From Synechococcus elongatus PCC 6301 (GTDB taxonomy: Bacteria > Cyanobacteriota > Cyanobacteriia > Synechococcales > Synechococcaceae): DNA of 32,000 nucleotides. The notes beneath the pieces are model-generated. The model saw only the letters and a list, made by a program, of their open reading frames with translations, was not told the origin of the DNA and did no database searches. The stretch is taken from the NCBI RefSeq assembly GCF_000010065.1, contig NC_006576.1, positions 1,050,001 through 1,082,000 on the forward strand, read 5' to 3'. How positions within the stretch are numbered: position 1 is the first letter of the stretch; every line of letters starts with the position of its first letter. The position numbers and the translations under genes are program-made. Below, in pieces: positions 12,565-20,191 of the stretch.

Positions 12565-12735
12565 CTAGTGAGAAGCAGACACGGCAATCACTAACATCCC
12601 TGCAATCAGCACCAGGGCAGCCCCGCCCGTCCAGAGCCATTTTTTGCCCTGATCAGCGTTGGCTTCTGCTTGGTACATTCTGGGTTCTTTGGCGAAGTTA
12701 TTAAGCCGTCCGCCTTCTTCGGTGGTGTAGGGCAT
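12565..12735 (-). CDS. Psb34 / ssl1498-family small light-harvesting-like single-TM protein (56 aa)
   Basis: My translation of the minus strand is MPYTTEEGGRLNNFAKEPRMYQAEANADQGKKWLWTGGAALVLIAGMLVIAVSASH*. It has the RxNNFAxEPxxY motif plus one C-terminal TM helix. It is absent from the supplied track, whose shortest ORFs are 60 aa. Confidence 0.88.
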   Translation of the reverse strand: MPYTTEEGGRLNNFAKEPRMYQAEANADQGKKWLWTGGAALVLIAGMLVIAVSASH

Positions 12736-12818
12736 GGGAATGGATGAGACCTCAATACAGCTCTGTCGTGCCCCAGAGTAGCAAAGGATGCTGTCATCGC
12801 CCTGAGTCGCTGCAGCTT

Positions 12819-13724
12819 CTAAACAGTGGCTGGTGACTGCCCGACCAAGCCTGTTTGCGGAGAGCTAGCGATCGCCGCCGATCGCGTGGGAATCCGACCC
12901 GCTTGAAAGGCCAATCGACCCGCGATCGTGGCCATGGCCATCGCTTGGGCCATCCGCGCCGGATCTTCGGCTTGAGCGATCGCGGTATTGATCAGCAGGG
13001 CATCGGCTCCTAGTTCCATCGCCTGTGCAGCTTCACTGGCGGTACCGATGCCGGCATCAACAACAACGGGAACCTTCGCGTTCTCAACGATGATGCGAAT
13101 GTTGGCTTCGTTGCGAATGCCTTGCCCCGAACCGATCGGCGAGCCCAGGGGCATCACCGTTGCGCAGCCCACTTCTTCTAAGCGCTTGGCAAGCAGTGGA
13201 TCGGCATTGATGTAGGGCAAGACTGCGAAGCCCTCTTTGACTAACTGCTCCGCCGCCTGCAACGTCCCGATCGGATCGGGCAGCAGATAGCGACTGTCGG
13301 GGATGACTTCCAGCTTGACGAAGTTGTTGTCTTCCTGACCCAGCAATTTCGCCATTTCCCGCCCGAGGCGGGCGACCCGAATTGCTTCCTCTGCCGTGGC
13401 ACAGCCGGCAGTGTTCGGTAGCATCCAGATCTTTTGCCAGTCCAGAGCCTCGGCCAAGCCTTCATGGCCGGGAGCATTGGTCTGCACTCGCCGCACTGCA
13501 ACAGTCACAATCTCGCAGCCACTGGCGGCAATGCTGGCGCGCATTTGCTCAAAGCTGCGGTATTTGCCCGTCCCCGTCATCAGGCGCGATCGAAACGACC
13601 GTCCGGCGATCGTCAAAACATCGGCAGTGGTGTCGGGGGTGGCGACCATGAACTCGGCATCAGCACAACTGTTTTCCATTATTCCGACTTGCCTGAGCCG
13701 AATCGAGATTGTGGATGTTGACAA
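12819..13724 (-). CDS. thiG: Thiazole synthase ThiG
   Basis: [78 protein letters not shown] and [33 protein letters not shown]. The true start may be internal (MVATPDTT or MENSCAD). Confidence 0.96.
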   Translation of the reverse strand: MSTSTISIRLRQVGIMENSCADAEFMVATPDTTADVLTIAGRSFRSRLMTGTGKYRSFEQMRASIAASGCEIVTVAVRRVQTNAPGHEGLAEALDWQKIWMLPNTAGCATAEEAIRVARLGREMAKLLGQEDNNFVKLEVIPDSRYLLPDPIGTLQAAEQLVKEGFAVLPYINADPLLAKRLEEVGCATVMPLGSPIGSGQGIRNEANIRIIVENAKVPVVVDAGIGTASEAAQAMELGADALLINTAIAQAEDPARMAQAMAMATIAGRLAFQAGRIPTRSAAIASSPQTGLVGQSPATV

Positions 13725-13746
13725 AATTGCGACAAAGAGTTACAAA
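13718..13746 (+). promoter_or_regulatory. Predicted sigma-70 promoter (TTGACA-17 nt-TACAAA)
   Basis: Perfect -35 TTGACA at 13718-13723, 17-nt spacer, and -10 TACAAA at 13741-13746 (4/6 consensus). Confidence 0.5.
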
Positions 13747-13752
13747 AGTTTA

Positions 13753-13880
13753 CAGAGAAAGACAGTGACGACCTGCTAACGCTTACTCAGCGTTTCAGAA
13801 CAAGCATTTCGAGAACTGACCCTTCTCCTCCTCGACTCAGCTCTGTATCGACTGCCTCGGTTCTGCCGGGGCTTTTTTTT
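13753..13880 (+). ncRNA. Candidate small RNA or terminated leader, about 125 nt
   Basis: Predicted promoter upstream, hairpin AACGCT-TACTC-AGCGTT (13778-13794), pyrimidine-rich stretch CCCTTCTCCTCCTCGACTC, then a terminator. No ORF in the supplied track explains a plus-strand transcript that stops here. The boundaries are predicted. Confidence 0.4.
13854..13880 (+). terminator. Strong intrinsic terminator
   Basis: GCCTCGG-TTCTG-CCGGGGC forms a 7-bp stem with one wobble pair, followed by eight T residues. Confidence 0.85.
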
Positions 13881-13928
13881 GACCTCGACTGGCCTGCCAT
13901 AATGGCGATGGTCGTTCGTCGAGATGTT

Positions 13929-14465
13929 ATGCGATCGCTCTTTTTGTCTGCACTGCTAGCCGCCACGACGGTGGCCACCGGAGCACTACCGGCGACGGCT
14001 CAAAGCATTTTTAACCGTGATGCCTTTTTTAATCGCGTTACGCCTGAGCTAGCACCTTGGGCTTCTCCTCAGGTCTTGCTGGAGCGTCTGCCGCGCCAGT
14101 GGAAGGGCAACTTTAACTACGAAGGGAGTACCCAAGCCCAGAACTATCCGACTGGCCTACAAGTGACTGGCTATTCGATCTCCGGCCGGGTGCTGTCCTT
14201 CTCCGGTCTGCTCAACTGGGGCAGCGATCGCCAGTCTGATGTGTTTGGCTACATCGACAGCCAAACGGGCCAAATTGAGTTTTACGAACGGCAAAATCTC
14301 GGTCCCACGGCTGCAAGTTCCTCCGGTGGCGGCTTTATCGGCTTCTTAGCTCTGCCCGATGAGCAACGCATTCCCGGTGAAGCCCTGTTCTACTGGGTTC
14401 CCAACAGCATCATTCAGCCCACTGGGGTCCTAGCGATCAAACCCGCACCTGCGACGAATCGCTAA
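13929..14465 (+). CDS. Hypothetical exported protein
   Basis: Signal-peptide-like N-terminus MRSLFLSALLAATTVATGALPATAQS. ORF 13902..14465 with a probable start at 13929. Confidence 0.75.
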   Translation: MRSLFLSALLAATTVATGALPATAQSIFNRDAFFNRVTPELAPWASPQVLLERLPRQWKGNFNYEGSTQAQNYPTGLQVTGYSISGRVLSFSGLLNWGSDRQSDVFGYIDSQTGQIEFYERQNLGPTAASSSGGGFIGFLALPDEQRIPGEALFYWVPNSIIQPTGVLAIKPAPATNR

Positions 14466-15285
14466 GCCGCTGCTCGGTGATGAGAGTCACACTCGTCCAC
14501 GCACCACTGGCATCGAAACTGCGGATCAGGCGCAGTCGGCGATCGCGACTGACGAGCCAGCCTAGTTCAAGCTGAAAAGGCGATCGAAGGGCCAGTTCTG
14601 TCGGGCAAGCACAGCTCACGCCACCGGGTAATAGCCAGATCGTGACTGCCTGTTGTTTGCCGACAAAGACCAGTTGCGATCCTTGAATTGGCGCAAGGGA
14701 TTCGATCGTGCGATCGCCCCAGTCGAGCTGGGACTGCAACTGATTCCCCACTTTCTCCAAACGGAGTTGGGTGGTGACGCGATCGGGCGATCGCCAGTCG
14801 GGATACCGAGTTTCGGCGATTCCGCTCCAGGTTCCCAGCAAGTCTTGAACGGTCAACGGAGCTTGTTGGAACGCATCAATGCCAGGTAGTGCCTCCCGAA
14901 TCAGGGTTAGCCCCTGTAGCTGGCGATCGCGGTACTGCCAGACCAAGCGGCGGCGCTGTTGATCGGCGAGCAAGCCCTGCTCTGCGCCAAACTCCCCAAA
15001 CGGGGCAAGCTGCATGCCACCTTGGGAAAAAGCCCCGTCGTCAAAGCCAAGGTAAGCGCGACTGACACTCGTGAAGGGAATCTCAACCCGGCGATCGGGT
15101 TGCTGCTGATAGTCAACAACGATTTTGGCCTGTTGGCGATCAGCACTAGCGCTGAGAGTCACGACCGTCGGCTGCTCAGACAGGATTTCGCCCTGCAGGT
15201 TCAGGCTGGTAAAGCTGCCTCGCCACTCACCTACATTTTCCAGCAAGCAATTCCAGACCGATTTCATATTTGCATCGCCTTGCAA
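14437..15285 (-). CDS. DUF3598-like hypothetical protein
   Basis: 282 aa, MKSVWNCLLENVGEWRGSFTSLNLQG... The family call is from recall of N-terminal similarity, and the start may be MKSVWNCL. Confidence 0.75.
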   Translation of the reverse strand: MQGDANMKSVWNCLLENVGEWRGSFTSLNLQGEILSEQPTVVTLSASADRQQAKIVVDYQQQPDRRVEIPFTSVSRAYLGFDDGAFSQGGMQLAPFGEFGAEQGLLADQQRRRLVWQYRDRQLQGLTLIREALPGIDAFQQAPLTVQDLLGTWSGIAETRYPDWRSPDRVTTQLRLEKVGNQLQSQLDWGDRTIESLAPIQGSQLVFVGKQQAVTIWLLPGGVSCACPTELALRSPFQLELGWLVSRDRRLRLIRSFDASGAWTSVTLITEQRLSDSSQVRV

Positions 15286-15345
15286 GGTGAGTTACGCCGA
15301 AGCAATCGGGCTTTATAGGGGTACAGTCACCGACTAACAACCACT

Positions 15346-15582
15346 ATGAAACGAGAAGGGGTTCCCTCATTGACCGCCGATCAAGAAGCAGAGCTTCAAC
15401 ACATTCTCCAAGAGATTGATCGGGACTTTCTCAGTGACGGCAGAATCAACTTGCAAAAGGCACGGGCAATCGTGCAGCTTTCGCAGCAACTAGCACCCGT
15501 ACAAGCTGAAGTGCTCTACCGGATCCGCCAAGCCATTCGCGAGCGCTGGGGGGATCGCCTAGACGTGGAATTCGAGGATTAA
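15346..15582 (+). CDS. Hypothetical protein, 78 aa
   Basis: Compact helical charged ORF filling a gap that no other good ORF covers. No recognised domain. Confidence 0.6.
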   Translation: MKREGVPSLTADQEAELQHILQEIDRDFLSDGRINLQKARAIVQLSQQLAPVQAEVLYRIRQAIRERWGDRLDVEFED

Positions 15583-15590
15583 AGCTTCAG

Positions 15591-15661
15591 AGCGGGCTGC
15601 GGGAATCGAACCCGCATCATTAGCTTGGAAGGCTAAGGTTTTACCACTAAACTAAGCCCGC
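15591..15661 (-). tRNA. tRNA-Gly(TCC)
   Basis: The reverse complement GCGGGCTTAGTTTAGTGGTAAAACCTTAGCCTTCCAAGCTAATGATGCGGGTTCGATTCCCGCAGCCCGCT is a 71-nt cloverleaf with anticodon TCC and no encoded CCA. Confidence 0.96.
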
Positions 15662-15744
15662 TGGCAGATTTCACAATATCATGCGGCGATAACAGTGTTG
15701 AGTGGGCTGACATACCCTCAACTGTGCTGCAAGAGGATGGCACT

Positions 15745-16185
15745 ATGGCGATCGCCCGTTCTCAAGGCTGGCTGAGGGGCGTCCACCACGTTGCGCTACA
15801 TGTGCAAGATCTAGCGCGATCGCGGCAGTTTTACGGCGAGATTTTAGGACTAGCGGAGCTGACAGATGATCAGGTTCCTAGTACGCTGCGACCGCTGGTT
15901 GAGGCCGGTCAGGTTGCCAACTTTCGGCTACCAGATGGCGTGATTTTGGACCTGTTCGCAGCACCAAAACTGCAGCCGCCTGACCCCGACCCTAGCCAAG
16001 AATTTACCCGCTTTGCCCATCTGGCCTTCGACATTGCGCCCGAGCAATTTGATGCGGCCGTGCAAATTCTCCAAGAGCAGAATGTCGCGATCGCCCAAGG
16101 GCCAGTCAGCCGTCCGACCGGTCGCGGTGTCTATTTTTACGACCCTGATGGCACCCTGTTAGAAATTCGCTGCGACCCTTCATGA
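15745..16185 (+). CDS. VOC/glyoxalase superfamily protein
   Basis: GVHHVALHVQDLARSRQFYGEILGL and GRGVYFYDPDGTLLEIRCDPS. The start is either 15724 or the ATG at 15745. Confidence 0.9.
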   Translation: MAIARSQGWLRGVHHVALHVQDLARSRQFYGEILGLAELTDDQVPSTLRPLVEAGQVANFRLPDGVILDLFAAPKLQPPDPDPSQEFTRFAHLAFDIAPEQFDAAVQILQEQNVAIAQGPVSRPTGRGVYFYDPDGTLLEIRCDPS

Positions 16186-17555
16186 TTCCTCAACTCGACC
16201 TACGCACCAAACTCAGCTTCGGAGTTGGTGACTTTGGCACAGCAGTCATGGCGAATTTGCAGGTTTTCTTCCTGCTCTTTTTTCTAACGACGGTAGCGGG
16301 CTTGGATGCCGCTTGGGCCGGCAGCATCCTGATGATTGGCAAGGTTTGGGATGCCGTCAATGACCCCTTGATTGGCTGGTTGAGCGATCGCACCAAGAGT
16401 CGCAACTGGGGCCGCCGCTACCCTTGGATGCTCTGGGCTGCTATTCCCCTCGGACTCACTTTTTACTTGCAGTGGATTGTTCCGACTCAGAATCCAACTT
16501 GGCTCTTTATTTTCTATGTCGTGGTTGCACTGCTGTTTAACAGCTTCTACACAGCGGTTAACTTGCCTTACACCGCCCTGACGCCGGAGCTGACCCAGGA
16601 CTACAACGATCGCACAAAACTCAACAGCTTTCGCTTTAGCTTTTCGATTGGCGGCAGTATCCTCTCGCTCTTGCTCGCTCAGGCAATTTTTAGCCTCATT
16701 CCCAATCCACAAGAACAGTACCAATGGCTAGGGGCGATCGCAGCGATCGCGTCAGTCCTTCCCGTCTTTATCTGTGTTTGGGGCACCCGTCGTCGCTATC
16801 AGTTCATGCAGCCGTTGGTCGAAACCACTCTACCGCCACGCCAATCGATTGCCGAAGAATTGCAGGTCGTCAAAGGCAATAAACCATTCTTATTTGTGAT
16901 TGGCCTTTACCTCTGCTCTTGGCTAGCCGTGCAAGCGACAGCCTCCGTGATTCCCTACTTTGTCCGCTACTGGATGCGATTGCCCGACCCCGATCTCACT
17001 TCAGTGATGTTGGCAGTGCAGGGCACCGCGTTAGTCACTCTTTTTGGCTGGAGTTGGCTGAGCAATCGCATTGGCAAACAGGCCGTTTATTACTGGGGTA
17101 CCGGCTTATGGCTAATCGCCCAAGTCGGCCTGTTTGTTCTGCAACCCAACCAAGTGGGTCTGATGTATGTCATGGCGATCTTGGCCGGTTGTGGTGTTTC
17201 CGTGGCTTACCTGATTCCTTGGTCAATGCTGCCGGATGTGATCGAATGGGATGAGCTGCAAACGGGTCAGCGCCGCGAGGGGATTTACTACGGCTTCATG
17301 GTCTTTTTGCAAAAACTCGCACTGGCGTTGGGTTTATTTATCGTTGGCCAAGCGCTGTCGCTCGCTGGTTTGATTCCCGGTGACTCAACCGTTGTTCAAC
17401 CTGACAGCGCCCTCTGGGCAATTCGAGTCGCAGTTGCACCCTTCCCCACACTCTGTCTGATTTTGGGAATCCTCTGCGCCAAGGGCTATCCGATTACCCG
17501 CGATCGCCACGAAGCCATGCTCTTACAACTTGCCGAACGGCGATCGCAGGTCTAG
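16182..17555 (+). CDS. MFS/GPH-family sugar:cation symporter-like transporter
   Basis: Multiple TM segments, KVWDAVNDPLIGWLSDRTKSRNWGRRYPWML, YNDRTKLNSFRFSFSIGGSI and SMLPDVIEWDELQTGQRREGIYYG. Confidence 0.9.
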   Translation: MIPQLDLRTKLSFGVGDFGTAVMANLQVFFLLFFLTTVAGLDAAWAGSILMIGKVWDAVNDPLIGWLSDRTKSRNWGRRYPWMLWAAIPLGLTFYLQWIVPTQNPTWLFIFYVVVALLFNSFYTAVNLPYTALTPELTQDYNDRTKLNSFRFSFSIGGSILSLLLAQAIFSLIPNPQEQYQWLGAIAAIASVLPVFICVWGTRRRYQFMQPLVETTLPPRQSIAEELQVVKGNKPFLFVIGLYLCSWLAVQATASVIPYFVRYWMRLPDPDLTSVMLAVQGTALVTLFGWSWLSNRIGKQAVYYWGTGLWLIAQVGLFVLQPNQVGLMYVMAILAGCGVSVAYLIPWSMLPDVIEWDELQTGQRREGIYYGFMVFLQKLALALGLFIVGQALSLAGLIPGDSTVVQPDSALWAIRVAVAPFPTLCLILGILCAKGYPITRDRHEAMLLQLAERRSQV

Positions 17556-17657
17556 AAACCTTTTCACCGCTGGGGCACCCGCGATCGGCGACAGCAAGCA
17601 GCCCTCAGCCGTAGACCTATGTGGCACGATCGACGCAGTGGATTGAGCCTGTAGCCC

Positions 17658-17765
17658 GTGGTCAAAATTGTTCGGCGGCGTTCCTTGGGTGTGCAACCCG
17701 TCTACGACCTTGGCGTGGCAACCGTACATAACTTTGTGCTGGCCAATGGCCTTGTGGCCTCCAAC
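17658..17765 (+). other. DnaE split intein C-terminal fragment (IntC, 36 aa)
   Basis: Block F-like VYDLGV..VHNFVLANG and block G-like LVASN, immediately before Cys+1 of the C-extein. Confidence 0.97.
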
Positions 17766-19001
17766 TGCTTCAACAAGAGCCACTCCACCGCCTATGGCTA
17801 CGTCACCTTCCAGACGGCTTACCTCAAGGCCAACTTTCCTGTCGAATACATGGCGGCGCTGCTGACCGTCAACAGTGGCAATGCCGACAAGGTGCAGAAA
17901 TACATCGCTAACTGCGCGGCCATGGGGATCGAAGTCCTGCCGCCAGACATTAACCGTTCGGGCGTGGACTTTACCCCCACCGGCGATCGCATTCTGTTCG
18001 GCCTTTCGGCAATTCGCAACTTGGGTTTGGGCGCGATCGAGTCGATTTTGGCGGCCCGAGACGTAGGCGGCCCATTTCTATCGCTGGCGGATCTCTGCGA
18101 TCGCGTAGATACGGGGTCGCTCAACCGCCGCGCTATGGAATCTTTGATTCACGCCGGCGCCCTCGATGTCCTAGAAACCGGGGCCAACCGTCAGCAGCTC
18201 GTCGCTGATCTCCCACTAGTTATCGATTGGGCCAACAGCCGAGCCAAGGACCGCGCCAGTGGCCAAGGCAATTTGTTCGACATGCTGGGCAGTAACGACA
18301 GCAACAGCAGCCCGCTGGACACCGCGCCTAAAGCGCCTGCCGTTCCCGACTATTCCCCCGACGAAAAGCTCAAGCTGGAAAAAGAGCTGCTGGGTTTTTA
18401 TCTCTCCGATCATCCACTCAAAGTGGTGCAAGAACCGGCGCGACTCCTCGCCCCCGCCAGCATTAGTGACTTAGAAGACTACTGCGATCGCGGTCTGATC
18501 AGCACGATCGCTCTACTAACAGAAGTCAAACCCGTCGTCACCAAAAAGGGCGATCGCATGGCGATTTTGCGGATCGAAGACCTGAGCGGCAACACCGAAG
18601 CCGTCGTCTTCCCGCGCAGCTACGAACGCATTGGCCACTACATCGAAGCGGATGCCCGCTTGATGCTTTGGGGCAAGGTCGATCGCCGCGACGACCAAGT
18701 GCAATTCATCATCGAAGATGCCGAGCCGATCGACCATGTCCGCCTCGTCTTGGTTGAACTGAGCGTCGAGCAAGCCAGCGACATCGTCCAGCAGCAACGC
18801 CTCAAGGAACTGCTGTTGCAGCAGAAACGCGAAGAGGAGCGATCGAAGGTGCCTGTCGTCGCAGTGATTCAAGCCGGCAGCGATCGCTACTTCGTCCGCT
18901 TGGGCGCCCAATTCCGCGTTGAGGATCCAGAGGAGGCTGTGGAAGCACTGCAAGCCGCTGATTTTCAAGCCCGCGCCGAAGCCCTCTTGTCGCCAGCCTA
19001 G
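17658..19001 (+). CDS. dnaE: DNA polymerase III alpha subunit, C-terminal split half, with N-terminal DnaE intein C-fragment
   Basis: GTG start. Residues 1-36 are MVKIVRRRSLGVQPVYDLGVATVHNFVLANGLVASN (IntC), followed by CFNKSHSTAYGYVTFQTAYLKANFPVEYMAALLT (DnaE extein). The OB-fold and C-terminal regions follow. Confidence 0.98.
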   Translation: MVKIVRRRSLGVQPVYDLGVATVHNFVLANGLVASNCFNKSHSTAYGYVTFQTAYLKANFPVEYMAALLTVNSGNADKVQKYIANCAAMGIEVLPPDINRSGVDFTPTGDRILFGLSAIRNLGLGAIESILAARDVGGPFLSLADLCDRVDTGSLNRRAMESLIHAGALDVLETGANRQQLVADLPLVIDWANSRAKDRASGQGNLFDMLGSNDSNSSPLDTAPKAPAVPDYSPDEKLKLEKELLGFYLSDHPLKVVQEPARLLAPASISDLEDYCDRGLISTIALLTEVKPVVTKKGDRMAILRIEDLSGNTEAVVFPRSYERIGHYIEADARLMLWGKVDRRDDQVQFIIEDAEPIDHVRLVLVELSVEQASDIVQQQRLKELLLQQKREEERSKVPVVAVIQAGSDRYFVRLGAQFRVEDPEEAVEALQAADFQARAEALLSPA

Positions 19002-19032
19002 GCCAACCACCCCACACAGCGATCGCGGTTGA

Positions 19033-19062
19033 CCCTCAGAGAGCCATTTCTGGGGGTTTCTT
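19033..19062 (+). terminator. Probable terminator downstream of dnaE-C
   Basis: CCCTCAGA-GAGCCATT-TCTGGGGG forms an 8-bp stem with one wobble, followed by TTTCTT. Confidence 0.6.
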
Positions 19063-19063
19063 G

Positions 19064-19085
19064 TTTAGTATCCCAAACTACTAAA
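19064..19085. promoter_or_regulatory. Inverted repeat TTTAGTA-N8-TACTAAA upstream of the sigma factor gene
   Basis: Perfect 7-bp arms in TTTAGTATCCCAAACTACTAAA. A regulatory role is inference. Confidence 0.35.
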
Positions 19086-19225
19086 TGCAACAAAGACTGT
19101 CATCTACTTAACAGTTCTTTGAAGCAAAAAGGCTGAATTTTCTCCTTTTAGAGAAACTTTAGAAAAATCGCTGTTGTCCTTTCTGCGATCGGTGCTATAG
19201 TCTCCGCAAAACTCAGCGAGCGGCC

Positions 19226-20161
19226 ATGAACGTACAGGAACGCCGAAACCTGAACGCAGCGGTTGAGCGACACACCAGTGATCATGTCAGCTGGTATCTC
19301 AGTTCAATCGGTAGAATTCCGCTCCTCACTGCCGAGGAAGAGGTTGAACTCTCACGCAAGGTTCAACTGATGATGGCATTGTTGGAAAACCCAGATGCCG
19401 AGAGCAATTCAGAGAACCAAGCGGTCTTACAGGCCGGTCAAAGAGCGAAAACAAAAATGCTCAAAGCCAACCTCCGGTTGGTTGTGAGTGTTGCGAAGAA
19501 ATACCAGAATCAAGGCCTAGAACTACTCGACTTGATCCAAGAAGGGTCACTTGGTTTAGAGCGAGCAGTTGAAAAATTTGACCCAGCCTTGGGTTATAAA
19601 TTCTCGACCTACGCTTACTGGTGGATTCGCCAAAGCATGACTCGGGCGATCGACAATCATGCCCGCACGATTCGTCTTCCCATTCATGTCAGCGAGAAAA
19701 TTAGCCGCATCAAAAAAATGACGCGAGAGCTGACTCATCAGCTCAAGCGATTGCCCAGCCGTGCCGAAATCGCTGAGGCGTTAAAGTTGCCGCTTCAAGA
19801 TGTAGAAATGCTGCTCAGCCAATCGACCCCCTGCACCAGCTTGGATGCCCAAGCACGGGGCGACGATGGCCGCAGCTTCTTGGGAGACTTGATTCCGGAT
19901 CCCAAGAGTCTAGAGCCGATGGACGCCATGGATCGCCACATCCAGCACGAGCAAATCTCGACTTGGTTGGCACACCTGACCGAACGTGAGCAGCAGGTCT
20001 TGCAACTGCGCTTTGGTCTCCACGACGGCGAGCAACACACCTTGGCGGAAATTGGTCGGCGGCTGAATGTGTCCCGCGAACGGATTCGTCAAGTTGAAGC
20101 TCGGGCACTGCAAAAACTGCGGGTCTTGAGTCAACAACCGCTTTGCCCAGAGGCTTGCTAG
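19226..20161 (+). CDS. RNA polymerase sigma-70 family factor (group-2-like)
   Basis: ANLRLVVSVAKKYQNQGLELLDLIQEGSLGLERAVEKFDP, FSTYAYWWIRQSMTRAI and TLAEIGRRLNVSRERIRQVEARALQKLR. Confidence 0.96.
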   Translation: MNVQERRNLNAAVERHTSDHVSWYLSSIGRIPLLTAEEEVELSRKVQLMMALLENPDAESNSENQAVLQAGQRAKTKMLKANLRLVVSVAKKYQNQGLELLDLIQEGSLGLERAVEKFDPALGYKFSTYAYWWIRQSMTRAIDNHARTIRLPIHVSEKISRIKKMTRELTHQLKRLPSRAEIAEALKLPLQDVEMLLSQSTPCTSLDAQARGDDGRSFLGDLIPDPKSLEPMDAMDRHIQHEQISTWLAHLTEREQQVLQLRFGLHDGEQHTLAEIGRRLNVSRERIRQVEARALQKLRVLSQQPLCPEAC

Positions 20162-20191
20162 GCTAGCTCCGGTTGCTGGGGCTAAACCGAC

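Noticed and set aside
17658-19001. dnaE fragment as a truncated pseudogene
   Set aside because: The short ORF begins exactly with a complete IntC and Cys+1 extein and stays open. This is the expected functional split-gene architecture, not decay.
20161-20191. TAGCTCC-GGTTGCT-GGGGCTA as a terminator after the sigma factor gene
   Set aside because: The stem is weak with a wobble pair and no U-tract, and the next gene begins at 20192. Read-through seems more likely.
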